The notes: generated from the sequence alone by a model not told the origin. A stretch of DNA of 54,166 nucleotides from Candidatus Zipacnadia bacterium (GCA_029821145.1 JALGTY010000004.1:1-54166); one strand, 5' to 3'; shown: positions 8,006 to 18,235, counted from the first letter of the stretch. Translations and numbers: made by a program.

Positions 8006-8491
8006 ATGACACACACATTGTCAGCACTGGTGAAGAACCGCCCGCGGGTTCTGGCCCGTGTGGCAGGGCTATTCGCCAGGCGTGATTTCAATATCGAGAG
8101 CCTGGCCGTCAGCACCACCGAGGATCCCGCGATTTCACGTATGACCATCGCTGTGGATGTTTCCGGGACGCCGCTGGAGCAAGTTCGCAAGCAACTCGAG
8201 AAACTGCATGATGTGGTCACCGTAATAGACCATACAGAGCATGCCGTGGTAGAGCGCGAGTTGTGTATGGTCAAGGTAAATGTGAAGCCGTCCCAGCGAG
8301 CCGAAGCGGCGGCCTTGGTGGAGATCTTCCGTGGCGATATCATTGACATCGGCAATGGCACGCTGATCGTGCAGTCCATCGGCAATTCGGACAAGATTGA
8401 TGCGTTCGTCGAGAACTTCGCCGACTACGGCATCATTGAATTGGTGCGCACAGGCAAGGTCGTATTGGCACGCGGCGGACAGAAGACCTGA
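8006..8491 (+). CDS. ilvN: Acetolactate synthase small (regulatory, ACT-domain) subunit
   Basis: MTHTLSALVKNRPRVLARVAGLFARRDFNIESLAV... is a typical IlvN/IlvH N-terminus. The gene lies immediately after ilvB. Confidence 0.9.
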   Translation: MTHTLSALVKNRPRVLARVAGLFARRDFNIESLAVSTTEDPAISRMTIAVDVSGTPLEQVRKQLEKLHDVVTVIDHTEHAVVERELCMVKVNVKPSQRAEAAALVEIFRGDIIDIGNGTLIVQSIGNSDKIDAFVENFADYGIIELVRTGKVVLARGGQKT

Positions 8492-8568
8492 GTCGGGCGC
8501 GTTCGTGGAGGCCGGTCCGCCAATAGCCGCGCGCGTCGTTGCCTATCGTCGAAAGGAGTGTGCAGACC

Positions 8569-9285
8569 ATGTCAGCTTCGTGGAAGGCCGTGTTGGTCGT
8601 AGGAATTCTGGTGGTGGGCGCCTTTGCCATTGCCGGACAGGGCAGCGCACAGAGCTCGCCCGTGCACTTTGAGGACACTGATCTGACTGAGCCGGAGTTC
8701 CGGGATCTGACCATGAATAGCCCGGAATTCCACGGGGTCAACCTGCGGGACAGCCTCTTCGAACGATGCAAATTCACGAATGGGAAATTCACGAATTGCG
8801 GTCTCTCTGAGGTGACCTTCAGTCAATCAAAGATGCAGAAGCCGAGCTTCAAGCAAATGACGTTCGAGTATCCATCGTTCCATACAGGTGCGTTCAAGTA
8901 TGGCCGTTTCGAGCGGATGGAGTTCGATGGGACCCGCTTTTACGACTGCGATCTGGATGACGTCATCTGGGAGTACAGCGAAAGCGATGACCTGCATCTG
9001 CTCCGCTGCACCGGCACGGACTGGTACATAGAGCGGGTCGAGCTACGCAATCTGCGCGCCGAATACTTCAAGGCCACATATGCCCGTTGGAGCAGTTGCG
9101 AATTTGACCACGGGCATTTTTCTCACACCGACTTCTCATTCAGCACGATGGAAAACGCCGACCTGCGGCGCACTACCATCAAGTACTCCGATCTTTCGGA
9201 CGTGTCCATCGAGCGCTGCAATATCCGTGGGCTGGAGATAGACGGGGTGGATATCGAAGAACTGTTGCGCAAAGCAGGGCATTAG
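8569..9285 (+). CDS. Secreted pentapeptide-repeat protein
   Basis: A signal-like N-terminus (MSASWKAVLVVGILVVGAFAIAGQGSAQS) is followed by repeated A(D/N)L/F-x-x style pentapeptides (CKFTNGKFTNCGLSEVTFSQ..., ENADLRRTTIKYSDLSDVSIERCNIRG). AAAGGAG lies upstream of the ATG at 8569. Confidence 0.7.
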   Translation: MSASWKAVLVVGILVVGAFAIAGQGSAQSSPVHFEDTDLTEPEFRDLTMNSPEFHGVNLRDSLFERCKFTNGKFTNCGLSEVTFSQSKMQKPSFKQMTFEYPSFHTGAFKYGRFERMEFDGTRFYDCDLDDVIWEYSESDDLHLLRCTGTDWYIERVELRNLRAEYFKATYARWSSCEFDHGHFSHTDFSFSTMENADLRRTTIKYSDLSDVSIERCNIRGLEIDGVDIEELLRKAGH

Positions 9286-9292
9286 GTATATA

Positions 9293-9712
9293 TTGAGTGA
9301 AGGCCGCGGCGGGAGGCGGAAGGTGGAACCGCAGCTAAGAGAGATTGTTGACTTGGCACAGGTGGATGCGTTCATGATCTACCTGGCTATCGCTGCGCCG
9401 GTGCTGGGGCTGTTCATCGGCGTCATCGCCGGAGGTATGCAGGGCCGTTTGCTGCAGGGCCTGGGCCGAGGACTGGCGTTCGGAATGCTGGGTCCGATCG
9501 TGCTGGTGATGTGGCGCTTCTACCGCCACATGGTCCGCTATGACCCAGGAACCGGATACGTCGGGCTGCACAAGATGTCGGTGTTCGTGCTGAATATCTG
9601 CATATTCGCTGTTGTGGGAATTGTACTGGGCGCGGTCTATGGCAAACTGATTCGCGGTGCGGGGTCGTCGGCTGAAAAGGACAAGAACAATCCGGAAAGT
9701 GCTGGCAGTTGA
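9293..9712 (+). CDS. Small hypothetical membrane protein
   Basis: Three hydrophobic helices are visible ([55 protein letters not shown]). The start is uncertain: TTG at 9293 or ATG at 9374. No family was recognised. Confidence 0.4.
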   Translation: MSEGRGGRRKVEPQLREIVDLAQVDAFMIYLAIAAPVLGLFIGVIAGGMQGRLLQGLGRGLAFGMLGPIVLVMWRFYRHMVRYDPGTGYVGLHKMSVFVLNICIFAVVGIVLGAVYGKLIRGAGSSAEKDKNNPESAGS

Positions 9713-9732
9713 TCACTAAGGAGGAATTTCCT

Positions 9733-10734
9733 ATGGCTGTTACGATCTACTACGACGACGATGCTGATCTGAGCGTACTCGATGGCAAGAAGGTCGCCAT
9801 CATTGGCTACGGCATTCAGGGCTCAGCGCAATCAATGTGTTTGCGCGATTCCGGGGTAGATGTCATAGTGTCGGAGCTGGAGGGTACGGCGAATTTCGAG
9901 AAGGCCGTTGCTGACGGCTGGGAGGTATGTACGGATGCGGCAGACGCCGCCAGGGAAGCCGACCTGGTCCAGATCCTGACACAGGACCACGTGCAGGCAA
10001 CGGTCTACAAGAACCTCATCGAGCCGAACCTGGAAGCGGGCAATGCGCTGATCTTCTCGCACGGGTTCAACATCCACTACAAGCAGATCGTGCCGCCCGA
10101 CTTCGTGGATGTTTTCATGGTCGCTCCCAAGGGTCCGGGCGCGCTGGTGCGGGAGTGCTATGTGTCCGATACCGGGGTACCGTGCCTGCTGGCGGTGTAT
10201 CAGGACGCCACCGGCATGGCCAAGCAGTACGGCCTGGCCTACGCGAAGGCGATCAAGGGTACCAAGGCCGGCCTGATCGAGACCACCTTCGCCGAGGAAA
10301 CCATCACCGATCTGTTCGGGGAGCAAGTCGTGCTGTGCGGCGGGGTGACGGAACTGATTACCGCCGCTTTTGACACTCTCGTCGAGGGCGGCTACGCGCC
10401 CGAGATGGCGTACTTCGAGGTCCTCCACGAACTGAAGCTAATCATGGACCTGGTCTATAACAAAGGCATCATCGGCATGCGGCGCGGCGTGTCCGACACC
10501 GCCACCTACGGCGACCTGAGCCGTGGGCCACGCATCATCAACGAAGAAACACGGGCGGAGATGAGAAAAATCCTCACCGAGGTGGAAGACGGCTCGTTCG
10601 CCAAGGAATGGATCCTGGAGAACCAGGCCGGCCGCACGGTCTTTAACGCGCTGCTCGAGAAGTCGGCCGACCACCTGATCGAAAGGATCGGCAAAGAGTT
10701 GCGCGCAATGATGCCGTGGATTCAAGACGACTGA
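9733..10734 (+). CDS. ilvC: Ketol-acid reductoisomerase (class I)
   Basis: [41 protein letters not shown]... The ATG at 9733 is preceded by AAGGAGG. Confidence 0.95.
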   Translation: MAVTIYYDDDADLSVLDGKKVAIIGYGIQGSAQSMCLRDSGVDVIVSELEGTANFEKAVADGWEVCTDAADAAREADLVQILTQDHVQATVYKNLIEPNLEAGNALIFSHGFNIHYKQIVPPDFVDVFMVAPKGPGALVRECYVSDTGVPCLLAVYQDATGMAKQYGLAYAKAIKGTKAGLIETTFAEETITDLFGEQVVLCGGVTELITAAFDTLVEGGYAPEMAYFEVLHELKLIMDLVYNKGIIGMRRGVSDTATYGDLSRGPRIINEETRAEMRKILTEVEDGSFAKEWILENQAGRTVFNALLEKSADHLIERIGKELRAMMPWIQDD

Positions 10735-10756
10735 GCCAGCGCGTCTTGGACAGTGG

Positions 10757-12682
10757 CTAGTCGGACATATTGTGTATCAGATGGTCGTGCACGGCCTGGG
10801 CGGCCTTGCGGTTCATGCCCGGGACGGCGGCTAATTCATCTACCGGGGCGCTACGCATCGCCTGGATGGAGGGGAACGCCTTGAGCAGCGCGGCGCGGCG
10901 CTTGGGGCCGATGCCCTCGATCTCGTCAAGCTGGGAACTGCTCATGCTCTTGGCTCGCAGTCCGCGGTGGTAAGCTATCGCAAAGCGGTGGGCTTCGTCA
11001 CGGATCCGCTGCAACAGGAATTGCCCTCGAGGGTGGGCACTCATATCCAGCGGCATGCCGTGGCCCCGCACGAACACCTCTTCCTCAGCCTTAGCCAGAC
11101 CGGCCAGCGCGATATTGTCCTCGCTCGCGACCTCGTCCAGAATCTTCCCGACAGCATTCAACTGACCCTTGCCACCGTCCACGACAATCAGGTCAGGCAG
11201 GGGTAGGAATTTATTGTCACCGGCCTTCGCCGCTCGCAGGCGGCGAGCCAGCACCTCCGCCAGCATCGCATAGTCGTCCTGGCCCGCGACGGTGCGGATG
11301 CGGAAGCGGCGGTAGCCGGATTTGTCCGGCACGCCGCCAGCGAAGACCACCATCGAGCCCACGGCATGATCGCCCTGCAAGTTGGATATGTCGTAGCATT
11401 CAATTCGGCGGACGGGCTGCTGAAGCTCCAACGCTTCGGCCAGATCGCTGAGTGCGGCATCACTGTCTGCGGCGCGGGTTCGGGCGTGGTGTGCAAGCGC
11501 TTCGAGAGCCGTCTTGGCGTTCATCTGCGCCAGTTCGATCAGGCGGCGGCGCTCACCGCGCTGGGGCACTGCGAGATCAACAGGGCCCCCGCGCATCTGC
11601 GAAAGCAGCTCCTCCCACTCTTGTTGCTCCCCAAGCGGAGCGGCGAGGAGCACGTGGCGGGCCGGGATGTTGCCAGCGCCGTAGTACAGCGTCATCGCGG
11701 CTTCAATGATTTCGCCGAGGGAGCGTCCGGCGGCGTGGGCGAGGCTATAGGTTTCCTGGGTGGTCAGCCGGCCGCCGCGCACTCCAAGCAGCTTCACGAC
11801 CGCGCGCTCATCTTCACTGGCCGCACCGAAGAGGTCCTGGTCGCGGTTCTCGTTAGCCACCATGAGCTGGTCTTCGCTGCTACGCTCGATGGTCTGCAGC
11901 TTGTCGCGGAGCATCGCCGCCCGCTCAAAGTCCAGTTCCTGTGCGGCCCGCTCCATTTCGCCTCTGATTCTGTCGGTGATCTGTTTGGTCTTGCCGTCCA
12001 GGAAGCTGATGACCTGCTCGACCACCTCGGCGTACTGCTCATCGCTGACATTGCCCGTACACGGGCCTACACAATGGCCGAGATGGTAGTAGAGGCACGG
12101 CTTGCCGGCGGGGGTGCCGTCGAGTTTGCGGCGGCACTGGCGCAGACCAAATAGCTGGCTGGCCATGCGTCGGGCACGCCACATGACGCTGGCGGTGGGG
12201 TATGGGCCGAAAATCTCGCCGGCGCTGAAACCGTAAACCTCGTGGCGCTTGGGGTCGTGAAAGCCGCGCCGGTATTTCCCACCACCACCCGGTATGCGTA
12301 CACGGGCGTCGCTGGGTAGATCACGGATTACCAGCAGGCGCGGGTATTTCTCGGCGGTGAGACACAGGTAGGGGTAGCTCTTGTCATCGCGCAGGCGGAT
12401 GTTGAAGCGGGGCTTGTGCTGCTTAATCAGAGTCGCTTCAAGGATGAGGGCCTCAGTCTCGGTGCGGGTGACGATATAGTCGAAGTCGGCCAGCTTCTGG
12501 TGCATCACCTGCGCCCAGCCACCGGTACGGTCGCTGTCACCGCGCACGTGCTGGCGGAGGCGGGCGCCCAGGGACCGCGCTTTGCCGACATAGATAATGT
12601 GCCCGCCGGCGTCCAGAATGTTATAGACGCCTGGCTGGGATGGGACCTGGTCGAGTTTTTCGAGGAGATCTTGCTGGTTCAT
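10757..12682 (-). CDS. uvrC: Excinuclease ABC subunit C
   Basis: 641 aa with a GIY-YIG N-terminus (PGVYNILDAGGHIIYVGKA...YPYL), a UVR-type helix and a C-terminal HhH region. Confidence 0.95.
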   Translation of the reverse strand: MNQQDLLEKLDQVPSQPGVYNILDAGGHIIYVGKARSLGARLRQHVRGDSDRTGGWAQVMHQKLADFDYIVTRTETEALILEATLIKQHKPRFNIRLRDDKSYPYLCLTAEKYPRLLVIRDLPSDARVRIPGGGGKYRRGFHDPKRHEVYGFSAGEIFGPYPTASVMWRARRMASQLFGLRQCRRKLDGTPAGKPCLYYHLGHCVGPCTGNVSDEQYAEVVEQVISFLDGKTKQITDRIRGEMERAAQELDFERAAMLRDKLQTIERSSEDQLMVANENRDQDLFGAASEDERAVVKLLGVRGGRLTTQETYSLAHAAGRSLGEIIEAAMTLYYGAGNIPARHVLLAAPLGEQQEWEELLSQMRGGPVDLAVPQRGERRRLIELAQMNAKTALEALAHHARTRAADSDAALSDLAEALELQQPVRRIECYDISNLQGDHAVGSMVVFAGGVPDKSGYRRFRIRTVAGQDDYAMLAEVLARRLRAAKAGDNKFLPLPDLIVVDGGKGQLNAVGKILDEVASEDNIALAGLAKAEEEVFVRGHGMPLDMSAHPRGQFLLQRIRDEAHRFAIAYHRGLRAKSMSSSQLDEIEGIGPKRRAALLKAFPSIQAMRSAPVDELAAVPGMNRKAAQAVHDHLIHNMSD

Positions 12683-12737
12683 AGGATTGGGAAGTTATCT
12701 GCATATAAACTGTGCGAAAGGCGCCCTCACCCCCCGA

Positions 12738-12762
12738 CCCCCTCTCCCTGTGGGAGAGGGGG
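12738..12762. repeat. Perfect 11-bp-stem GC hairpin (cccccctctccc-tgt-gggagaggggg type)
   Basis: ccccctctccc (12738-12748), loop tgt, gggagaggggg (12752-12762). It lies in the uvrB-uvrC spacer and may act as a uvrB terminator or a REP-type structure. Confidence 0.7.
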
Positions 12763-12878
12763 TAACTGCAACGGCTGGGCCGGATGGCCGTGAGTTTGCA
12801 AGCAAACTCCCGTCTCACCCACGCCTGCGCCGAACACACCTTCGGCAGGCCCCTCCATTACGACTAACGGCAACGCGG

Positions 12879-12939
12879 CCTCGGGCTGCCCTTCGGCCCT
12901 TCAGCAGGCTCAGGGCCTGCGGGAAGCGCGAGCTACGCG
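12879..12939. repeat. Composite REP-like element (diverged copy)
   Basis: cctcgggctg ... cccttcggcccttcagcaggctcagggcctgc ... gaagcgcgagctacgcg. The arms resemble the gtcgggctggaagcccgacctacgcg family, and the insert shares the aggctcaggg sub-motif with copy C. Confidence 0.6.
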
Positions 12940-12957
12940 GGGTTTGACTATCCCGGT

Positions 12958-14934
12958 TCAGTCGTCCAGCATCTTCTCCAGCTCTTTGATTTCATCGCGC
13001 AGTTCGGCCGCATGCTCGAAATCAAGCTCTTCGGCGGCCTTGTGCATTTCGATCTCCAGCGCCGCGATTACGTCGCGCATATCGTCAGTGTCCATGATGG
13101 AGGCTGCTTCCGGGCTGACCAGACGGCGGGCGCGTTCGGCTATCATGGCCCGGATCGGCTCCCGCACCGTCTTCTTCACTGTCCGCGGCACGATACCGTG
13201 AGCTTCGTTATAGGCCCTCTGCTTTGCGCGACGGCGGGTGGTCTCATCAATGGCCGCCTGCATCGCGGAGGTGATCTCATCGGCATACATGATCGCCTTG
13301 CCCTCTTCGTGGCGGGCGGCGCGCCCCATGTTCTGCATTAGCGAGGTCTCAGAGCGCAGAAAGCCCTCACGGTCGGCGTCCAATATCGCCATCAGCGACA
13401 CCTCCGGCAGGTCCAGGCCCTCGCGCAGCAGGTTTATGCCGACCAGTACATCGTAGGCCCCCAGCCGCAGATCGCGCAGCAGCTCAGTGCGCTCCAGGGT
13501 GTCTATGTCGGAGTGCAGGTAGTGGACGCGGATTGACATCTCGGCCAGATACTCGCAGAGGTCCTCGGCCATGCGCTTGGTCAGGGTGGTGACCAGCACA
13601 CGCTGCTGCCTGTCCACACGCCTCTTTATTTCAGCAATCAGGTCGTCAATCTGGCCCTCGGTCGGCCGCACCTCCACCTCCGGGTCGAGCAGGCCGGTGG
13701 GGCGGATCACACATTCCACGATACGGCTGGCCTTGTTCTTCTCGTAGGGGCCGGGTGTTGCGGAGGTGTAGATGACCTGGTTGACGTGCTGCTCCCATTC
13801 GCTGAAGGTCAGCGGGCGGTTGTCGTAGGCGGAGGGCAGGCGAAAGCCGTGCTCGACGAGGCTATCCTTGCGCGAGCGGTCGCCCTGGTACATCGCGCGG
13901 ACTTGCGGAATGCTCTGGTGCGATTCATCAACAACCAGCAAGAAGTCATCGGGGAAGTAGTCCATCAGCGTGTGTGGCGGCTGGCCGGCTTTGCGGCCGT
14001 CCAGGTGACGGGAGTAGTTCTCGATGCCCTGGCAGTAGCCGATCTCGTGGATCATCTCCAGGTCGTAGTTGGTGCGCTGCTCCAGCCGCTGGGCCTCGAG
14101 TAGCTTGCCCTGGTTCTCAAACCAGGCGGCTCTTTCGCCCAGCTCCTGGCGGATGCTGACCATCGCGTCCTGCAGCCGCTCGGCGGAAGTCACAAAGTGG
14201 CTGGTCGGGAAGAGCAGTGTGCTGTCCCTGGTTTCGACGATCTCGCCGGTGATTTCGTTGATGCGAGTGATGCGCTCGACCTGGTCGCCGAACAACTCCA
14301 GCCGGGTAATGAGATCCTCGTCAACCGGGTGAACCTCGATGACATCACCGCGGACGCGAAAGGTGCCGCGCTCCAGGGCAAGATCGTTGCGGCTAAACTG
14401 CATGTTCACCAACTGGCGCAAGATGGCGTCGCGCTCGATCTGCTGCCCGACTCTGAGTTCGAGAGTGATTTGCTTGTACTCCTCGGGCGAGCCGAGGCCA
14501 AAGATGCATGAGACCGAGGCGACGACTATCGTATCGCGCCGCGAGGCGACCGAATGTGTGGCGGAGTGTCGCAGTCGTTCGATTTCTTCGTTAATCTCGG
14601 CATCTTTCTCGATGTAGGTATCAGTCTGGGGCAAGTACGCCTCGGGCTGATAATAGTCGTAGTAGCTGACGAAGTACTCGACGGCGTTGTCGGGAAAGAA
14701 CTCGCGAAATTCCATGCAAAGCTGGCCGGCCAGTGTCTTGTTGTGGACGAGTACCAGCGTCGGCCGTTGTACCGTCTCGATGACCTTGGCGATCACGTAG
14801 GTCTTGCCGGAGCCGGTGATGCCGAGCAGCACCTGATCGCGCTCACCGTCGAGAACACCCTCGCTGAGCGCCTCGATGGCCTGCGCCTGGTCGCCTTTGG
14901 GCTCATATTCTGATATTACTTGGAACTCGGGCAC
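12958..14934 (-). CDS. uvrB: Excinuclease ABC subunit B
   Basis: Motifs [13 protein letters not shown] and a C-terminal UVR domain are present. The start is set at the GTG at 14934 ([16 protein letters not shown]), which is preceded by GGAGA. The track TTG at 14973 lies only a few nt from the predicted -10 box. Confidence 0.93.
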   Translation of the reverse strand: MPEFQVISEYEPKGDQAQAIEALSEGVLDGERDQVLLGITGSGKTYVIAKVIETVQRPTLVLVHNKTLAGQLCMEFREFFPDNAVEYFVSYYDYYQPEAYLPQTDTYIEKDAEINEEIERLRHSATHSVASRRDTIVVASVSCIFGLGSPEEYKQITLELRVGQQIERDAILRQLVNMQFSRNDLALERGTFRVRGDVIEVHPVDEDLITRLELFGDQVERITRINEITGEIVETRDSTLLFPTSHFVTSAERLQDAMVSIRQELGERAAWFENQGKLLEAQRLEQRTNYDLEMIHEIGYCQGIENYSRHLDGRKAGQPPHTLMDYFPDDFLLVVDESHQSIPQVRAMYQGDRSRKDSLVEHGFRLPSAYDNRPLTFSEWEQHVNQVIYTSATPGPYEKNKASRIVECVIRPTGLLDPEVEVRPTEGQIDDLIAEIKRRVDRQQRVLVTTLTKRMAEDLCEYLAEMSIRVHYLHSDIDTLERTELLRDLRLGAYDVLVGINLLREGLDLPEVSLMAILDADREGFLRSETSLMQNMGRAARHEEGKAIMYADEITSAMQAAIDETTRRRAKQRAYNEAHGIVPRTVKKTVREPIRAMIAERARRLVSPEAASIMDTDDMRDVIAALEIEMHKAAEELDFEHAAELRDEIKELEKMLDD

Positions 14935-14979
14935 TGTGTTTCTCCGAGAAGTTGAGGATGAGCAGTGGTGCAAGAGGAT

Positions 14980-14988
14980 ATTATAGCA
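14980..14988 (-). promoter_or_regulatory. Extended -10 promoter element for uvrB (TGcTATAAT on the minus strand)
   Basis: The minus strand reads tgctataat at 14988-14980. The -35 region is weak. Confidence 0.45.
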
Positions 14989-15024
14989 GAAATTGCCGGC
15001 GTCTTGTGCCAGCGGCCGGGGAAC

Positions 15025-17007
15025 CTAAAAGGTGGCGAAGCCGCCGAACTCCAGAGAGAGCCGTCCGGTCTCTTCACTGTAGGTGAGACCGATCTCCCGC
15101 TGACCGAACATGCGCGCGAGGGTGAGTTCCCATTCGTTATATGAGGAGTCCTCGAAGCTATAAATGATGCCAGCCAGCTCCCAGCGCCAGCGCTCGCTTT
15201 GGTAGTAGTTGAGGTCGAGGTAGGAGAAGGTGTCATCAAAGGTAATATTGTGGGTGCCAAATGCGTACAAGTACCACTTGTTGCGGCGGGCGCTCAGGTC
15301 GAGGCTGAGGATCTGCTCAATGCCATCAACGGTCGCATCGCCGCTGAAATACTCGGCGCTGTAACTAAGGCCGATGATGGAATTGAGACTGAGCCGGTGC
15401 GTGAAATCCAAGTCGGCACGCAGGCCGTTCGCGTTGTAGCCGCTGGTGTCCCAGGAAAACATATTACGCAGCACAGGACGCAGGGTGGTCTTGCGGCCGA
15501 GATCATAGGTGCCCCAGTTCAGCTCTGCGAACGCCCTATTACCAAACTCAACAGCGCCGGTCTCGTGGTGGTGCTCGGTGCCGGCCGTTAGACCAATGCG
15601 GTATGAGTTGCGCTCGTTCAAAGCAATGGGGTTGGAAAGCCAGTCGCCCACCAGGCCGTAGCTTGTGTCATAGTCGCGAGGGTCGTCATAGTAGGCGCGC
15701 AGGTTAAAACGGCCCTTGTCAGTGTAGCGATAGACGCTAGCATCGGAAAAGATGCTATGGTGATCGGGCATGCTGAAGTTGAGGTAGGAATTGGCGTCGC
15801 CCCAGAGGGTGCGCTGATCCTGCCATTGCAGGCCCCAGCTCGAGCGCGGCAGGCCGGCGATCTCGATCGAGCCCTCGTAATCATTAGTAAGCGAGCGGTA
15901 CTCGCGTTCCCATGCCAGCGACCAGCCACCGCGGGCAGCGGCGACTGAACCCGATGTGGTGCCGTGCTGCACCTTCACGGCGGCGGTTGTGGTGTCAGTG
16001 ACGCTATAGAAGAACGGAAAGTCGAGAGCCACACCGCCACCGGTATCGGCGCTGAACATGTTGTTATTGGTGCTGCCGGTGTAGCCCGGTTCGCCGATGA
16101 TCCAATATGCGGGGAAGCTGAGAATCTTATCCTGATCAATCCATGCGGAGCCATGACGCAGCACTATCTTTTCGCCGATGAAGTAGGAGATGCTGTCGGC
16201 GACGAGCCAGGTCTGCGTCTCGCGGGTGTCGTAGCTGAAGGCATCCGATGGCGGCTCCCATTCCGCCTCCAGGGGCTGCAGGTCATAGGCATCAAAGAAG
16301 ACGCGCTCGATACCGGACACTCCAGCCCCGCGCAGCACTCCGCGGCGGGTGCCGAGGTCGAAGTAAAGCTGCTTGCCCGAAAGCTCCCTTTCCCCCCTGC
16401 TAACGACAACGCCCGCCTCTTCCAATGAGAATGCGCGCAGGGAGAAGTCGTTGAGGTCAATGTCTATTGTGTCGCTGGCTTCGATGGTCAGTTCGCCGAG
16501 GCGGACCTGTGCCTGATCGCGGGCCTCAAGCAGGCGGTGGTCAACACTGAAGCCGGTCCACTTGCCCTTGATATGAATGGTCTTGGCTACGGGGCGGGCC
16601 ACCTCGCCCTCAGGCAGATAGCGGATGGTAGTGCTGTTGCGGGACTCGCGAACCCAAGCCGTGATGGTGGCGAGGCCCGGGGTGTTGCTGCTGGCGAACA
16701 CAGTCGCCACGCCGCCGATAGCACGCACCTGAAGGCTCTGCTGGCGCGACACATGGTCGGTGGAAAGATAGCCGAGATTGGCGCTGATGACGACCTCGAC
16801 TTCTTCGGTGGCCAACTGTCCACTCTCGGTGCGCACCTCAATGCGCACACGGGCCTCGGTCTTGTTGTCAGCCGGGCGCTGTGGCGGGATGGCGGTGAGC
16901 TTGAGGCGGTATTGGCCGCTGCGGGCGACCTGGGCGCAAGTCTGAGGACCGCCCAGCCCTATGAGCACCGCCGCACAGAGTAGTAGTCTCAAGTGGCGAC
17001 TCAACAT
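15025..17007 (-). CDS. Outer-membrane beta-barrel protein, LptD/OstA-like, with N-terminal Ig-like domain
   Basis: The signal peptide is MLSRHLRLLLCAAVLIGLGGPQTCAQ. A bacterial Ig-like segment and an OstA-like segment (ELTIEASDTIDIDL...KQLYFDLGTRRGVLRG) follow. The long C-terminal region has alternating aromatic beta-strand patterns and ends in ...LEFGGFATF, the terminal-Phe OMP signature. Confidence 0.5.
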   Translation of the reverse strand: MLSRHLRLLLCAAVLIGLGGPQTCAQVARSGQYRLKLTAIPPQRPADNKTEARVRIEVRTESGQLATEEVEVVISANLGYLSTDHVSRQQSLQVRAIGGVATVFASSNTPGLATITAWVRESRNSTTIRYLPEGEVARPVAKTIHIKGKWTGFSVDHRLLEARDQAQVRLGELTIEASDTIDIDLNDFSLRAFSLEEAGVVVSRGERELSGKQLYFDLGTRRGVLRGAGVSGIERVFFDAYDLQPLEAEWEPPSDAFSYDTRETQTWLVADSISYFIGEKIVLRHGSAWIDQDKILSFPAYWIIGEPGYTGSTNNNMFSADTGGGVALDFPFFYSVTDTTTAAVKVQHGTTSGSVAAARGGWSLAWEREYRSLTNDYEGSIEIAGLPRSSWGLQWQDQRTLWGDANSYLNFSMPDHHSIFSDASVYRYTDKGRFNLRAYYDDPRDYDTSYGLVGDWLSNPIALNERNSYRIGLTAGTEHHHETGAVEFGNRAFAELNWGTYDLGRKTTLRPVLRNMFSWDTSGYNANGLRADLDFTHRLSLNSIIGLSYSAEYFSGDATVDGIEQILSLDLSARRNKWYLYAFGTHNITFDDTFSYLDLNYYQSERWRWELAGIIYSFEDSSYNEWELTLARMFGQREIGLTYSEETGRLSLEFGGFATF

Positions 17008-17109
17008 TTGCCTTATGCCGAGAGGTTATTCAAACCTGGTGTTATCTTGTTGCTGTCTTGTAGTGTGTCAGGCTGCAAGAGTCCACCCACGCGGATGGGA
17101 AGAACGATT

Positions 17110-17141
17110 CCGCCCTCGGGCTGAGGGTTACCCGGGGGCGG
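17110..17141 (-). terminator. GC-rich hairpin, possible terminator after the 354-aa gene
   Basis: ccgccctcggg / cccgggggcgg form an 11-bp stem with one mismatch. On the minus strand it is followed by aatcgttctt, a weak U-tract. Confidence 0.3.
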
Positions 17142-17170
17142 CACAAATGAGCGCCTACCAAGCTCTGGCA

Positions 17171-18235
17171 TCAGGTCCGTGTGAAGGCGAGGGCCCCCGA
17201 GAGAGTGTATTGTGAGGTCTCAGAGTTGGTGTACACTACTCGCACGCGGTACTGGTAAATGTATCTGCCTGAGAGTGTGGCGGTGTCCGTGTATTGTGTC
17301 ACGGCGGGCCCGATGTTGTCGGACAGAAGGCTAAAGGTGCCACCATCAACACTGCGCCATATCTCGTATTTCAGTATCGTTAGTGTGGTACCGGTCGGCG
17401 GGTTCCACGTGAGGCGGATATTTGGCTGCATCTGCGTGAGATACAAGTTGGTGACCGGCTTGGCCTGCGCGGCAGCGCCGGGCGGGGCGGCTGGGGTGCT
17501 GGAGTTGTTGACCGCAATGATCAGCACACCAACGGCCAGAGCATAGAGTAGCCACTTCCACGATTTGCTCTTTTCCCTGGCAACCGGCTGGTATTCCGTC
17601 GGTTTGCCGGCCAGCGTCTTGGCAGCCTTGTAGGCGGCGTCGCGCATGGCCTCCGCGATAAGCGGTGAGTCGCTACCTGTATAGTGGGCGCGCTCCTGGC
17701 TGTTGCCCGATACGCCAAAGGCGCGATAGACGGTCGGCTCTTCAACTACTTCGCCGGTGGCTTCGTCAACATTGCCCTTTACCTCGTACGCTTGGCCGGA
17801 CAATATGATCTTAGCCTGTCGCGGCTCTTCCTGAATATCGAATGACTGGACACTGGAAATCACAACATAGTCCATGCCGAGTACGTTGCCGATAAACAGA
17901 GCGAGGCTGGCAGAAGCCGTTTCGCCGGCTTCTACATCAATCTGGCGCAGACGGCCCTCGGAGACCGCGCGCATCACCAGTGCGGAATGGGGCGAAAACC
18001 TGCTAGCTGCGAAGTCGGCCTGGGCGTCAATGGCCATCTGCAGGGAGGCGGTCGCCTTGTAGGCGATACTTGCCTGGACGCTTTCGCTCTCATCAAGAAC
18101 CGGAAAAACCAAGACAGATCTGGTGCCCGGCTCCGCGGTGGCGGCGAAGCTGACTGGTATCAGCGATGCCAACATGCAGAATGCAACTAGGAGGCTGATA
18201 GTGCGAAAAGTGCGTCGTTTTCTTATTGTATTCAT
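17171..18235 (-). CDS. Envelope protein: signal peptide + CsgG/LpoB/TolB-N-like domain + TM helix + FN3 domain
   Basis: Signal peptide MNTIRKRRTFRTISLLVAFCMLASLIPVSFA. The SVLVFPVLDES... domain follows, then a K/R cluster and the TM helix WKWLLYALAVGVLIIAV. The C-terminus is FN3-like (IRLTWNPPTG...YEIWRS...YIYQYRVRVV). Confidence 0.55.
   Translation of the reverse strand: MNTIRKRRTFRTISLLVAFCMLASLIPVSFAATAEPGTRSVLVFPVLDESESVQASIAYKATASLQMAIDAQADFAASRFSPHSALVMRAVSEGRLRQIDVEAGETASASLALFIGNVLGMDYVVISSVQSFDIQEEPRQAKIILSGQAYEVKGNVDEATGEVVEEPTVYRAFGVSGNSQERAHYTGSDSPLIAEAMRDAAYKAAKTLAGKPTEYQPVAREKSKSWKWLLYALAVGVLIIAVNNSSTPAAPPGAAAQAKPVTNLYLTQMQPNIRLTWNPPTGTTLTILKYEIWRSVDGGTFSLLSDNIGPAVTQYTDTATLSGRYIYQYRVRVVYTNSETSQYTLSGALAFTRT

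Noticed and set aside
12621-12947. ORFs 12621..12839 (-) and 12687..12947 (+) in the uvrB-uvrC spacer
   Set aside because: These are translations of palindromic repeat elements (PLSHRERGSGGEG-type peptides). They have no RBS and the sequence is explained by hairpins.
14935-14973. TTG start at 14973 for uvrB
   Set aside because: It lies only a few nt downstream of the predicted TGcTATAAT -10 box and has no SD. The GTG at 14934 has GGAGA upstream and yields the conserved UvrB N-terminus.
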